Origin: Chloroflexota bacterium
GTDB lineage: Bacteria; Chloroflexota; Anaerolineae; UBA2200
Reading direction: 5' to 3'
Length of the DNA: 64,000 bases
NCBI GenBank assembly: GCA_014360905.1
Contig: JACIWW010000012.1
Span: 8,011-72,010 of the forward strand
Below are positions 9,005 through 19,220 of this stretch, one piece after another. The position numbers and the translations under genes were made by a program. Positions within the stretch are counted from its first letter, which is position 1, and every line of letters begins with the position of its first letter. A model generated the notes under the pieces. It saw only the letters and a program-made list of their open reading frames with translations. It did not search any database and was not told the DNA's origin.

Positions 9005-10789
9005 TTGAGCACGAGCAGCACTTCGGGCAAACCCATCATCGTGCAGAGCGACAAAACCGTGCTGTTGGAGGTGGACAACCCCCTCTACGAGGAAGCACGC
9101 GATCACTTGGCGCGCTTTGCCGAGCTGGAGAAAAGTCCTGAATACGTCCATACCTATCGCATCACCCCATTGTCACTGTGGAACGCAGCCGCGGCGGGCA
9201 TGACCGCCGACACCATCCTCGACGCATTGAATGCGTACAGCAAGTACCCCGTGCCCGACAATGTGCGCGTGGACATCGTGGACTATATCTCGCGCTATGG
9301 CCGTGTGCGGCTCATCCGCGAGGATACGAAGTTGTTCCTGGAATCGCACGATGCTGCTTTGATGACGGAGTTGGCTCGCCACAAGCGCCTCCAGCCTTAT
9401 ATCCTGAAGCAGGTCAACCCCTTCCGCCTCATGGTGGATCCTCTCCGTCGGGGTCACATTAAGCAGGCACTGGTCTGGATTGGCTACCCTGCCGAGGACC
9501 TGGCTGGCTATGTGGAGGGTGCGCCATTGCATTTCTCCCTGCGCCAGGTTACGCGCAGCGGAGAGCCTTTTGTCCTTCGCCCTTATCAACTGGACGCCGC
9601 AGGCGCCTTCTACGCTGGAGGGGGGCCACAAGGCGGCAGCGGGGTCATTGTGCTACCCTGTGGAGCAGGCAAGACCATGGTTGGCATGGCGGTAATGGAG
9701 AAACTGCAGTGCGCAACCCTCATCCTTACCACCAACACCGTTGCCGCGCGGCAGTGGATCAGCGAACTGCTGGACAAAACAGACCTGCCCGAAGATGCCA
9801 TAGGGGAGTACACAGGACTGCGCAAGCAGGTGCGCCCGGTGACCATCAGCACCTACCAAATCATGACCTACCACCCCCGGCAGCGAGTCAAGGGCAAGAA
9901 AACAGAGGACGAGTTCCCGCACTTTGCCCTGTTCAACGAGGAAGATTGGGGTCTGATCATCTACGACGAGGTGCACCTGCTGCCCGCACCGGTGTTTCGC
10001 ATCACAGCCGAAATCCAGGCACGGCGGCGCCTAGGACTGACCGCGACGCTTGTGCGCGAGGATGGACGCGAGACGGACGTCTTTTCGCTCATTGGCCCAA
10101 AGAAGTACGACGCCCCGTGGAAAGACCTGGAGCGCCAGGGCTGGATCGCCACCGCCGAGTGCCACGAAGTGCGCATCCCGCTCCCAGATGACCAGCGCCT
10201 GCTCTACGCGCTGGCCGATGACCGTGACAAGTACCGCGTGGCGGCAGAGAATCCGCGCAAATTGCTCGTTCTCGACCAGTTGCTATCCAAACATAAGGAT
10301 GACAGCGTACTCATCATCGGCATGTACCTGGAGCAACTGCAGGAGGTAGCCGATCGCTACGGCTATCCGTTGATCACAGGCAAGACCACTGTGCGCGAGC
10401 GAGAGAAACTGTACGACGCCTTCCGGCGGGGCGAGATCAAATGCCTGATTGTCTCCAAGGTGGGCAACTTTGCCATAGACCTGCCCGATGCCAACGTCGC
10501 CATTCAGATTTCCGGCACCTTTGGCTCGCGGCAGGAGGAAGCACAGCGTCTGGGGCGCATCCTGCGTCCCAAGCGCCATGGCCTGCTGGCTCACTTCTAC
10601 GCCTTGGTCACGCGCGATACGCGCGATCAGGACTATGCCGCCAAACGGCAACTGTTCTTGACCGAGCAGGGCTATCGCTATGAGATCCTCTACGAGGACG
10701 AAATACCGCAATGGCAACCAACCGTGCTCGCACTCCAGCCCCGTCCGGCACGTCCCAAAGCTCTGATGGCAGGCCCGGGAGGGAACTAG
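9005..10789 (+). CDS. xpb: XPB/Ssl2/Rad25-family SF2 DNA helicase
   Basis: N-terminal PIIVQSDKTVLLEV...FAELEKSPEYVHTYRITPLSLWNA domain; LPCGAGKT; DEVH; GLTAT; SRQEEAQRLGRILR. Confidence 0.93.
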   Translation: MSTSSTSGKPIIVQSDKTVLLEVDNPLYEEARDHLARFAELEKSPEYVHTYRITPLSLWNAAAAGMTADTILDALNAYSKYPVPDNVRVDIVDYISRYGRVRLIREDTKLFLESHDAALMTELARHKRLQPYILKQVNPFRLMVDPLRRGHIKQALVWIGYPAEDLAGYVEGAPLHFSLRQVTRSGEPFVLRPYQLDAAGAFYAGGGPQGGSGVIVLPCGAGKTMVGMAVMEKLQCATLILTTNTVAARQWISELLDKTDLPEDAIGEYTGLRKQVRPVTISTYQIMTYHPRQRVKGKKTEDEFPHFALFNEEDWGLIIYDEVHLLPAPVFRITAEIQARRRLGLTATLVREDGRETDVFSLIGPKKYDAPWKDLERQGWIATAECHEVRIPLPDDQRLLYALADDRDKYRVAAENPRKLLVLDQLLSKHKDDSVLIIGMYLEQLQEVADRYGYPLITGKTTVREREKLYDAFRRGEIKCLIVSKVGNFAIDLPDANVAIQISGTFGSRQEEAQRLGRILRPKRHGLLAHFYALVTRDTRDQDYAAKRQLFLTEQGYRYEILYEDEIPQWQPTVLALQPRPARPKALMAGPGGN

Positions 10790-10823
10790 ACCTGTCAGGT
10801 TTAGATAGAGAAGAAACAGCCAG

Positions 10824-13121
10824 ATGAAGACCTCTGATTTGGATAATCTGTATGCCCTAGATGAAGTTCGGATCGCAGACATGCTCTTTGGCAAGATTTA
10901 CGAGCGTGCCTACGCGTATTATCGCGATCACCGCGTGCTGAATCCCCGGCGCATCGGTGCTGTGTTGGAGGCAGAAGTACAGGGTACGGAACTGTACTCC
11001 GTGCGCGTTGAGGCGCGCGAGGGCATGATTTTGGCGTCTTGCACCTGCCCCTTTGCCGAAACCGCCGTCTGCAAGCACATCGGTGCGGTCTTGCTGCAGT
11101 GGGTCCACCGACCAGAGTCTTTCCAAGTGGTAGAAGAAGAGGAGACAACCGTGTCCCAGCCTGCTGTAGCGCCCGCTCCACCTCAGGAAGCTTCACCCTT
11201 GAGCGAACAGCCTTGGTGGCAGGCTGACGAAGGCGGTGCTGCCCGAGAAACCAAGTCCATCCTGTCAGACCTGATCGAGCAGCTCTCGCTCAACGAACTG
11301 CGCGAGATCGCTCGCCTGCGGGAGTGGCGGATCAAGGGCAGCACCAAGGCGGACTACCGCACGGCACTGGCTCCCTTGCTTGTCAACCCCACCGAGATCG
11401 CTCGCGCCGTGACTTCCTTGCCGGATGCGCTGCGCGAGGCGTTGCGTGCGGCTTTTGTGGTGGAAGAGGGCAACGGCATTGCCCCCACGACCCTGGCACA
11501 AGCCATCACCGCGCTGCGCGGCGCAGCAGGTCCAGTGCTCAAGCCTGTGGAGGCGGCAGGGCTGCTGTCCGATCTGGCGCGCTGGGGGCTATTGCTCCGC
11601 TGGCACAACTCACCTGATGGCTCGCTGCGTTACCTATTTCCATGGGAAGTGCAACGGCATGTACCACCCTTGTTGGGTTGGTGTGCGCAGATAGCGCAAG
11701 CGCCAACCGATCAGATACAGTCTCAAAAGCGCGATGACATCGTGCATCTCCTGTACGCAGTGTGGGAGCGCATCGCTCAGCAGCCACTTACTTTGCCTTC
11801 CCCTCCTAAACCCCCATCCCGCAAGCATCACACGCCGGCTTTGGGGAATTGGCCCTACGAACCAGAGGAAGCGGAGATCAGGCTGGGGAAAAACCGCGAG
11901 TGGATGAACTCCCTGCAGTATGGAATGTCCGTGCCTGCCTCAGTTCGCTTGTTAGACGATGCAGTTCTGTCGGAACTCGCACCCCTGACGGGTGGCGATG
12001 TCGAGGAAGTGGAGTTTTTGTGCCACTTGCTATGCGATTTGGAACTGGTCAGCGGGGAAAAGGGATACCTGCTTGCTCGTCCTGCATTGATGAACGATTT
12101 TCTATCCAACCCCAAGCACCGACAATATGCATGGATCCTGCAGACCTATCTGTCCATGCAGAGATGGAGCGAACTGGACATGCTGCTGCGCGCTGACCGC
12201 CGTCTGACGTTATGGCGCAGGCCTATCCCATTCTTCACCTACGAGCAGTTTCGCTTCCAACTGCTCCGCATGCGCCATATATTGCTACGCTTTCTGGCGA
12301 CGGCAGGAGAAGAAGGCTGGTGCTTGCTGGCGGATATGGAAGCGGCATTGCGCTTGTTGTGGCCCCATTTCTCAGCCATTCTGGACATACAGAGGCAGAC
12401 CTGGCTTCAGAACCTGTGGGGACTGTCCTGGCGTGGGGACAAACGCGAACTGAAGACGGAGAATGAGCAGGATTGGCGCGCAGCCCAAGGCGGCTTCTTG
12501 CGCGCCCTACTGACAGGCCCGCTATTCTGGCTGGGCTTTGTCGAACTGAGCAGAAAAGACGGCGAGTTGGTCGCGGTGCGCATGCACGGACTGGCGGATT
12601 GGATGTGGAACCGTCCCAGCCCCGCCCCAGAGGAATTGCCCTTGGGCGAGCCAGTCACGATAGACGAGGCAAACCTGGCCATCGTGGTGCATCCTGGAAC
12701 TGTACCGCCACAGGCGCACACATTGTTGGGGCGCATCGCGCGTTTGGAAGAGGCAACGCCGACCCGCTTTGTCTATCGGTTGGATATGCGCACAGCATAC
12801 GCCACTTTCGAGCGTGGTGAGTTGCTGGATGACCTGCTTGGTACCTGGGAAAAAGTCATGCCCGTGCCTTTCCCTGCTTCCTTGCGCGAGGCACTGGCTG
12901 AATGGTGGGCGCGGTATGGCCAGGTGCGGCTCTACGAAGGATTTGCACTGCTGGAACTGGGCGACGATATCGCCCTGCTGGAACTGGAGGCAAGCACTCC
13001 GTTGCGGGAATACATCGTGGCCAAGCTGTCACCGCGCCTGGTGCTCGTGGCGGAGGATGCTGTGGATGAACTGCTGCAGGCATTCACCACCAAAGGGTAT
13101 ACGCCGAAAGAGATGAGGTGA
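10824..13121 (+). CDS. SWIM zinc-finger protein with C-terminal XPB-N/Helicase_C_3-like domain
   Basis: CTCP...CKH SWIM motif after AEVQGTELYSVRV. C-terminal YRLD...LPASLREALAEWWARYGQVRLY-like segment resembles the XPB N-terminal (PDNVRVDIVDYISRYGRVRL) domain. Confidence 0.75.
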   Translation: MKTSDLDNLYALDEVRIADMLFGKIYERAYAYYRDHRVLNPRRIGAVLEAEVQGTELYSVRVEAREGMILASCTCPFAETAVCKHIGAVLLQWVHRPESFQVVEEEETTVSQPAVAPAPPQEASPLSEQPWWQADEGGAARETKSILSDLIEQLSLNELREIARLREWRIKGSTKADYRTALAPLLVNPTEIARAVTSLPDALREALRAAFVVEEGNGIAPTTLAQAITALRGAAGPVLKPVEAAGLLSDLARWGLLLRWHNSPDGSLRYLFPWEVQRHVPPLLGWCAQIAQAPTDQIQSQKRDDIVHLLYAVWERIAQQPLTLPSPPKPPSRKHHTPALGNWPYEPEEAEIRLGKNREWMNSLQYGMSVPASVRLLDDAVLSELAPLTGGDVEEVEFLCHLLCDLELVSGEKGYLLARPALMNDFLSNPKHRQYAWILQTYLSMQRWSELDMLLRADRRLTLWRRPIPFFTYEQFRFQLLRMRHILLRFLATAGEEGWCLLADMEAALRLLWPHFSAILDIQRQTWLQNLWGLSWRGDKRELKTENEQDWRAAQGGFLRALLTGPLFWLGFVELSRKDGELVAVRMHGLADWMWNRPSPAPEELPLGEPVTIDEANLAIVVHPGTVPPQAHTLLGRIARLEEATPTRFVYRLDMRTAYATFERGELLDDLLGTWEKVMPVPFPASLREALAEWWARYGQVRLYEGFALLELGDDIALLELEASTPLREYIVAKLSPRLVLVAEDAVDELLQAFTTKGYTPKEMR

Positions 13122-13130
13122 GAGCAACGC

Positions 13131-15380
13131 ATGGCTCACATGCTCCACGAAATCTTGGATGGCTATCACTACGAGGCATTGGCACGCATCGCCGAGTTCA
13201 ACCACATTGACACGGTGGATGCGCAAGGGCATAAATTGCGCAAGCGCGAGTTGATTGAGGCACTTTGCAAGTGGCTTTTCACGCCGGAGCGCATCGCGCA
13301 GGTGCTGGCTGCCCTTCGCCCTCTGGAACGGGCTGTCCTGGATCGTTTGCTGCTGCACGGTGGCGAAGCGGACACAGTGTCCTTGCGCGAAGAACTGCAG
13401 CGCGAGGGCATTGTGCAAGCGCAGCCCCTTTCCAAAGGGTGGCAAAAGAGCAACATCAACGATCCCTATGCATGCAACGGGGATTATTTTGAGGATGTCA
13501 TCGCTCGTTTGACCTTACGCGGGCTAGTGTTCAGCAGCAACGCTGAGTTGCTGTGGCCGCTGAACGCCAAACTGGGCTTTGCTCCAGGGCAACGCCTGAT
13601 CGTGCCGAAACCCCTGCGCCAGTATTTGCCCCGTCCCGAATTGCCTTCGCTGGAGTGGGGCCGGGGTAGCCTGCCTGCTCCAGTAGAAGAGACCGACACA
13701 GCGCTCGCACAAAGGGAGTTGTTCCTCTATTGGAGCATCGTGCGCGCCAAACCGTTGCCTCTGACCCAGGCTGGATTGCTCCAAAAACGGGCGTTGCGCA
13801 GCATCAACGAGCAGTTGCTCTTTCCGAACCATGCGCTGGAAAGCGCGAATAACGAGAGCGAAGCGCCCCACCTCTACTTTCTGCGTATGCTGTTGCAGGA
13901 ACTGGGGCTGTTGCTCTGCGAACGGGAGCAAGTGCGTGCCTCCGGTGAGCCAAGCCAGGTGCCCGAATTCTGGGAAAAGCCCATCGAGGAACGCGTGCGC
14001 GCCTGTCTTGAGGCATGGCAGCGCTTGACCCAATGGAGCGAACTGACGCATCTGGGAGTGTCTGCTTTTGACATTGACTTGCCACGCGCACGCGGTCTCT
14101 TGCTGGAGCAACTGCGGCATGTGCCGGTTGAAACCTGGCTCTCTGCGGATCGCTTCCTAAGCCGCTTGGCCATCACTACGCCGCGGCTGCTCTTCAAGTC
14201 GCGGGAGTTGCCTGCCAGAGGACGTTACTACCAGGATGTCAATCACGAGATGGAGCAGGATCGCTGGTTTGCCAAGGTCGAAGCGGCGTTTGTCGGTGGG
14301 GCATTGAGCGGGCCATTGCACTGGCTGGGATTGGTGGACATCTCAGCGGACGGAAACCGCCTGCTGGCTTTTCGCGTGAATGCCAGTGGCGCACGCGTAT
14401 TGGGCATTGCCCCCAAAAAGGCAGCAGAGGCTCCACCAGCTGAGACCAAGGTGATCGTGCAGCCCAATTTCGAGGTCTTTGCCTTGGGGCCAGTCCCGGA
14501 GGTGATTCTGGCCAGATTGGAGATGTTTGCCGACCGCGTGAAGGTGGATCGCAGCGCCTTTGCCTATGTGCTCTCGCGCGAGACGGTCTATCGCGGGCAA
14601 AGGTATGGCCTGTCCGTGCCGCAGATTATCGCCTTCCTCGAGGAGCAAACGCATGCCCCATTGCCGCAGAACGTCCTGCGCACGCTGCAGGAATGGAGCG
14701 AGCAACACGAACGCATTATCTTTCACCACACGGTCGCGCTCTGCCAAACGGCCAACCCGGAAGCGCTCGATGCACTGTGGAACGACTCTGCCGTGCAGAC
14801 GCATCTGGAGCGGCGCCTGACGCCTACCGTAGCATTGGTGAAAAGGGGACGTGCGGTAGCCTTGCGCGAACTGCTCCTTCAGCGCGGAATGCTGCCCGCT
14901 TTGAGCACAGAGCAGGATTCCTGTCTTGGGCGCGTGCAGGCCACTCCCGAAGGGGAGTTGCGCCCTGTCCATGCCGGCCCTGACTTGCTGCTGGAGAAGT
15001 TGTTGCAGGATTTGGCGGAGCAGCGGGATGGACGTTTCTACGTGACCGAGTCATCAGTGACGCGGGCGCTGGCTTCTGGCATGAGCGTGCACGAGTATCT
15101 GAAGCGCTTGGCCGCTCTGCAGCATGGGCCACTGCCGGCACAATTGCAACGGCGCATCAAGGCTTGGGGTCGCTACTATGGCAAAGCGGCGTTGCAAAAG
15201 ACAGTGCTATTAGAGGTGAAGGATGCCGCTACAGCGGAAGAACTGCTCGCCGATGAGGAACTGGCGCCGCTTTTGTCGCGCTTTGCCGCCGACACACGTG
15301 GATGCCTGTTGGAAGTGCGCACCGAAAATCTGGAGCACTTGCACCGTCTGCTGCGCGAGCGCGGGATAGAGGTAGCATAA
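13131..15380 (+). CDS. Helicase-associated protein with two XPB-N/Helicase_C_3-like domains
   Basis: VIVQPNFEVFA...YVLSRETVYRG...LPQNVLRTLQEW, plus a second copy FYVTESSVTRALASG...LPAQLQRRIKAWGRYYG. Shares GPL(F/H)WLG(F/L)V with the preceding gene. Confidence 0.75.
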   Translation: MAHMLHEILDGYHYEALARIAEFNHIDTVDAQGHKLRKRELIEALCKWLFTPERIAQVLAALRPLERAVLDRLLLHGGEADTVSLREELQREGIVQAQPLSKGWQKSNINDPYACNGDYFEDVIARLTLRGLVFSSNAELLWPLNAKLGFAPGQRLIVPKPLRQYLPRPELPSLEWGRGSLPAPVEETDTALAQRELFLYWSIVRAKPLPLTQAGLLQKRALRSINEQLLFPNHALESANNESEAPHLYFLRMLLQELGLLLCEREQVRASGEPSQVPEFWEKPIEERVRACLEAWQRLTQWSELTHLGVSAFDIDLPRARGLLLEQLRHVPVETWLSADRFLSRLAITTPRLLFKSRELPARGRYYQDVNHEMEQDRWFAKVEAAFVGGALSGPLHWLGLVDISADGNRLLAFRVNASGARVLGIAPKKAAEAPPAETKVIVQPNFEVFALGPVPEVILARLEMFADRVKVDRSAFAYVLSRETVYRGQRYGLSVPQIIAFLEEQTHAPLPQNVLRTLQEWSEQHERIIFHHTVALCQTANPEALDALWNDSAVQTHLERRLTPTVALVKRGRAVALRELLLQRGMLPALSTEQDSCLGRVQATPEGELRPVHAGPDLLLEKLLQDLAEQRDGRFYVTESSVTRALASGMSVHEYLKRLAALQHGPLPAQLQRRIKAWGRYYGKAALQKTVLLEVKDAATAEELLADEELAPLLSRFAADTRGCLLEVRTENLEHLHRLLRERGIEVA

Positions 15381-15459
15381 ACCCCGATTTTCACCGCAGA
15401 GCACGCGGAGAAAAACTTATGCGTCTCTGCATCCTCAGCGTGCTCTGCGCTGAACCAGG

Positions 15460-15590
15460 GATGACGGCGGATTGTTGTCCGCCTGGAGCATGAAGAGTTA
15501 GGACGGCTTTTCTAGCCGCCTTTCCTGTTGGGTTCGTAGTGCGCGCTAAAGCGCTCACTACGAACAAAGCCCCTGAAAGGGGCTTGTCAT
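15460..15590. repeat. Composite REP-like repeat
   Basis: GGCGGATTGTTGTCCGCC, GTAGTGCGCGCTAAAGCGCTCACTAC and AAGCCCCTGAAAGGGGCTT modules. Confidence 0.75.
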
Positions 15591-15613
15591 CCCCTAGCAA
15601 GCGCAGCGGCCTC

Positions 15614-15642
15614 TTGACAAATCAATCGAAATGTGCTATAAT
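15614..15642 (+). promoter_or_regulatory. Sigma70 promoter of the AOR operon
   Basis: Perfect TTGACA-17 bp-TATAAT with extended -10 TG. Confidence 0.8.
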
Positions 15643-15761
15643 TATCTTGCAAATTCAAAAATCATAGTGCAACCGAGTTCGCGCTGAGCGCGCCTGAGGC
15701 ATTCTCCTGACAGTGTACCTGGGAGATGGCTTAAGAGAAGTGCTGTGTCGTAGGGGTCACA

Positions 15762-15890
15762 GCCTCCGACCTGTCTCCTCCCCCTGGGAGGAACGGGCGT
15801 TAGGGTACGGGGAGCAATTCCTGTGCCTGCCGTGTTTGCGAAGGAGGCGAATTCCAATCGAGTTAGCGATTGGCTATTTGCCTCCTTCTT
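15762..15890 (+). ncRNA. Moco/Tuco-class riboswitch aptamer with overlapping terminator hairpin
   Basis: GCCTCCGA...AGGGTACGGGGA-GCAA-TTCCTGTGCCT-GCCGT...GAAGGAGGC fits the Moco-motif layout (P1 GCCTCC/GGAGGC, GNRA-capped P4). It lies upstream of a tungsten AOR. An alternative hairpin GAAGGAGGCGAAT...ATTTGCCTCCTTC is followed by a T-rich tract. Confidence 0.7.
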
Positions 15891-16027
15891 GAATTTTATG
15901 GAGGGAATTGGGCAGCGTTTGCAGATTCACACTCAGAGAGGAGGTGGTGTGCAGGCAGTAGAACCCTTTGGACGTCCGTACGTAGACGCTACATTTCTTG
16001 ATCAATTTGGAGGAGGAGAGGAAAGAA

Positions 16028-16891
16028 ATGTCACAAAAGATGCAGGACAGAATTTCGGAACTGCAGGAGCAATTGCGGCAGGGCGTGATCAGCCGACGTG
16101 AATTCTTGCGCTATGTGACGTTGCTGGGTGTGTCGCTGGGAGCGGCGGAGGCTTTGGCTGCCTGCGCGCCCAAGCCCACACCGACCGTGGCGCCGCCTAC
16201 AGTGGCACCACCAACGGCACCACCGCCTACAACGGCACCACCACCGCCCACAGTTGCCCCCACGGCTCCACCGCCCGCAGCCGAGAAGCAAGCTTTGGCT
16301 GGGCACATGCTGCGCTTTAACCCCGCCATCTGCACCGGCTGCCTCATCTGCGCGGTAGCCTGCGCTGACAAGTGGGCCACGGAGTACTTCCCGGAGGAAG
16401 CCGCCAAGGGTGTCAACCTGGAATTCTCCCGCATTCGCCCCATGCGCTCGCAGTACGTGGATATCATCAACGTCTGCCAGGACTGCCGCCTGATTGAGTG
16501 GGCGGAAGGCTCAACTAAAGCGCCGTGCGAGCAGGTTTGCCCACAGGGAGCGATTTCAGTGGTGCCCGAAGGGCAGGGCAAGCCCGGCTACACCGGCATG
16601 GGCTACCTGAACGTAGACCGCGACCTGTGCCTTGGCCTTGATCTCTGCGGGCGCTGTCTGGAGGTCTGCGAGGACCAGTTCGGCAGCGGCATCTCCTTTG
16701 ACCCCATCGAGAAGAAGGCGCAAATCTGCACGCGTTGCGGCGGGTTGCCCACCTGCGTCGAGGTCTGCCCAGAGCCTGGCGCGCTGCTGTTCGTACCGTT
16801 GCAGACCAACGGCCGCTATTGGGCACAAACGCCAGAAGAGTACTTTGAACTTACCTATGCCAAGTTGTTCGCGGAGAGGAGGGACGTATAA
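16028..16891 (+). CDS. Tat-lipoprotein 4Fe-4S polyferredoxin subunit of AOR (AorA/DmsB-like)
   Basis: SRREFL twin-arginine, LAAC lipobox, Pro/Thr linker; CTGCLICAVAC, CQDC...CEQVCP, CLGLDLCGRCLEVC and CTRC...CVEVCP motifs. Confidence 0.85.
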   Translation: MSQKMQDRISELQEQLRQGVISRREFLRYVTLLGVSLGAAEALAACAPKPTPTVAPPTVAPPTAPPPTTAPPPPTVAPTAPPPAAEKQALAGHMLRFNPAICTGCLICAVACADKWATEYFPEEAAKGVNLEFSRIRPMRSQYVDIINVCQDCRLIEWAEGSTKAPCEQVCPQGAISVVPEGQGKPGYTGMGYLNVDRDLCLGLDLCGRCLEVCEDQFGSGISFDPIEKKAQICTRCGGLPTCVEVCPEPGALLFVPLQTNGRYWAQTPEEYFELTYAKLFAERRDV

Positions 16892-18930
16892 TGGCCGAGT
16901 TAAAGGGTGCTACAGGAAAGATCGCACGTGTGGATCTGACCACAAAGAAAGTAACAGTCGTCGAGCCGCCAGTTGATGTATACAAGAAATTCCTCGGCGG
17001 CGAGGCGCTCGGGCTCTACTTTATGGTCGCGGAAGGCCTTATTGACCCCAAGGTGGAGCCGTTCAGCCCACAGAACATGGTGCAGTTCATGATCGGGCCG
17101 GTGACCGGCATAGGGCCCAATGCTCGGTCCGTGATCGTCACCAAGAGCGCGTACAACTTTATGACCGTCACGACGTCGGGTGGCCGCGCAGCGGCAGAAC
17201 TCAAGTTTGCTGGCTGGGACGGCATCCAGGTTGTGGGTAAGTCGGACAAGCCCGTCTACATCGCGGTGGTAGACGACAACATCGAGATCCGCGATGCCAG
17301 CCATATCTGGGGCATGGGCACCGAAGAGGCGGAATTGGAACTGCTCAAGTCGGTGCTAGCGCCCAACGAGTGGCGTGAGAGTATCCTCACCGACCGGGAT
17401 CTAACTCCAGAGTGGGCAGCGCTGCGCCCGGTCAAGCGCAAGGGCATCGGCGCCAAACGGCTGGCGGCGGCCTGGGTCATCGGCCCCGGCGGCGAAAACG
17501 GCGTCTGGTACGCCAACGTCATCACCGAGGGTGCGCGCGCCCATGGCCGCTACGGCGCTGGGGCGATTGTTGGCTCCAAGAATCTGAAGGGCATCGTCAT
17601 CCGCGGCACCAAGGGACACATGCTGGCTGACAAAGGCAAGTTCCTGCAACTGGCCAAAGAGATTCAGGCTTCCGAAGCCACCAACTACTTCTGGCGCTCC
17701 TTCGGCACAGCCGGCATCGGCGCCCGCTGCGCGAACGCTGAGGATGCCTTCCCCATCCGCAACTGGCAGTGGGGCGCCTGGGCGGATCCGATGGTTGTCA
17801 AAGCACTGGAAGGGCCGTGGATGGATGCCGCTAGCTTTGTCAAGCAGATGGCCTGCCCTGGCTGCACCTTGCACTGCATGTACCTCACTGAAATCACCAG
17901 CAAGGACCCGCTCATGGACGGCGTCATCACCGACATGCCCGACTGGGAGGCCATGGGCATGGTTGGCGGCAACCTGGGTTACTGCGAACTGGAAGGCACC
18001 ACGCCCAGCGATCAGTGGAAGGGTGACCACTGGGATTTGATGGAAGCCCTCGCCAAGACCCAGTATACCACCTTCCTCCATGACAACAATGGACTCGACT
18101 ACATCGAGGGTGGCGCGCTGCTGGCTATGCTGATGGAGCTCATCCAGCGCAACCTCATCACCCCAGCCGATCTGGATGGCATCAACCTCAAATGGGGCGA
18201 TGTCCATGCCGTGGATGCCATTATCAAGAAGATCGCGCACAAGGAAGGCATCGGCGCTGTGCTGGCCAAGGGCACCTACGAGACGGCCAAGTACTTTGCC
18301 GAAAAGAAGGGCAAGCCGGAGATCATGAATTACTCCATGACTGGCCATCGCTATACCCAGCCCGCGCACGACGTCCGCGGCTTTGACAAGGACGCTCTGG
18401 AGTACGTGACGGTGGAGCGGCCCTGCGAACACACCGGAGGCGGCGGCGCCGGGTTCATGAAGAAGGACTATCCCGCCGCCATTGCCGGGCAGAATACCCA
18501 GGCCACGCACAACTCCTTGGTCATATGCTCTTTCGCTGCTGGCAACTGGGCGGGCAAGATCGCGGCCATGGTGCAGGCAGCCACCGGCTGGACCGACTTT
18601 ACTGAGGACGACGTACCCAAGGTCGGCGCCCGCGCCTATGCCCTGGCCAGGATCTTTAACCTCACGACGCAAGGGATCAAGGACCCGAAGAAAGAATGGG
18701 ATAACCTTAACCTCTTCCCGCCTCGCTGGTTCTACGATCCACTGCCCACTGGCATCGGCAAGGGGCGTGTGGCGTACGAGGGCAAGCCAGAGGTGTTATT
18801 CAATGAAGCCCTGCCCGCTTACTGGAAGACCAGAGGCTGGAGCGAGGACAAGGGCGTGCCTCTCGCCGACACGCTCAAAGCCCTTGGCATTGACGACATC
18901 GCCGAACCGTACGCCGCCAAACTGCGCTAG
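16891..18930 (+). CDS. aor: Tungsten-containing aldehyde:ferredoxin oxidoreductase family (AOR/WOR) catalytic subunit
   Basis: GKIARVDLT, ELKFAGWDGI, IEIRDASHIWG, GAIVGSKNLKGI, CPGCTLHC, DxxGLD-like DNNGLD, LVICSF. Confidence 0.9.
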   Translation: MAELKGATGKIARVDLTTKKVTVVEPPVDVYKKFLGGEALGLYFMVAEGLIDPKVEPFSPQNMVQFMIGPVTGIGPNARSVIVTKSAYNFMTVTTSGGRAAAELKFAGWDGIQVVGKSDKPVYIAVVDDNIEIRDASHIWGMGTEEAELELLKSVLAPNEWRESILTDRDLTPEWAALRPVKRKGIGAKRLAAAWVIGPGGENGVWYANVITEGARAHGRYGAGAIVGSKNLKGIVIRGTKGHMLADKGKFLQLAKEIQASEATNYFWRSFGTAGIGARCANAEDAFPIRNWQWGAWADPMVVKALEGPWMDAASFVKQMACPGCTLHCMYLTEITSKDPLMDGVITDMPDWEAMGMVGGNLGYCELEGTTPSDQWKGDHWDLMEALAKTQYTTFLHDNNGLDYIEGGALLAMLMELIQRNLITPADLDGINLKWGDVHAVDAIIKKIAHKEGIGAVLAKGTYETAKYFAEKKGKPEIMNYSMTGHRYTQPAHDVRGFDKDALEYVTVERPCEHTGGGGAGFMKKDYPAAIAGQNTQATHNSLVICSFAAGNWAGKIAAMVQAATGWTDFTEDDVPKVGARAYALARIFNLTTQGIKDPKKEWDNLNLFPPRWFYDPLPTGIGKGRVAYEGKPEVLFNEALPAYWKTRGWSEDKGVPLADTLKALGIDDIAEPYAAKLR

Positions 18931-18957
18931 GTCTGGCTAGTCCCGAGGAAGCACATG

Positions 18958-18998
18958 AGGGCCCCAACCTGTGTACTCCATCGGGTTGGGGCCCTTTG
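18958..18998 (+). terminator. Probable intrinsic terminator after aor
   Basis: AGGGCCCCAACC...GGTTGGGGCCCT 12-bp stem followed by TT. Confidence 0.6.
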
Positions 18999-19220
18999 CG
19001 TATGTGGTTGTGCGCCGTCAACGAATGGGGACACGAATAAACGAATAGCATGTTGTAGTTAGATCCGTCTGTTGCCTGATTCGTTGATGGCCCATTTGTC
19101 ATGCTGAGGCCAGCTGAAGCATCTGACGCAGCCAAACGGTCTCACATAACTCGCGAGGAAAAATCGCAGGCCGGCGTGGGCGACAGTCCATAACTTTAAT
19201 ATGAAACTGCAGGTGTGATA

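Noticed and set aside
17401..18672. Long antisense ORFs (423 aa here; 420 aa at 34966-36228)
   Set aside because: Shadow frames of GC-rich genes with well-supported sense-strand products.
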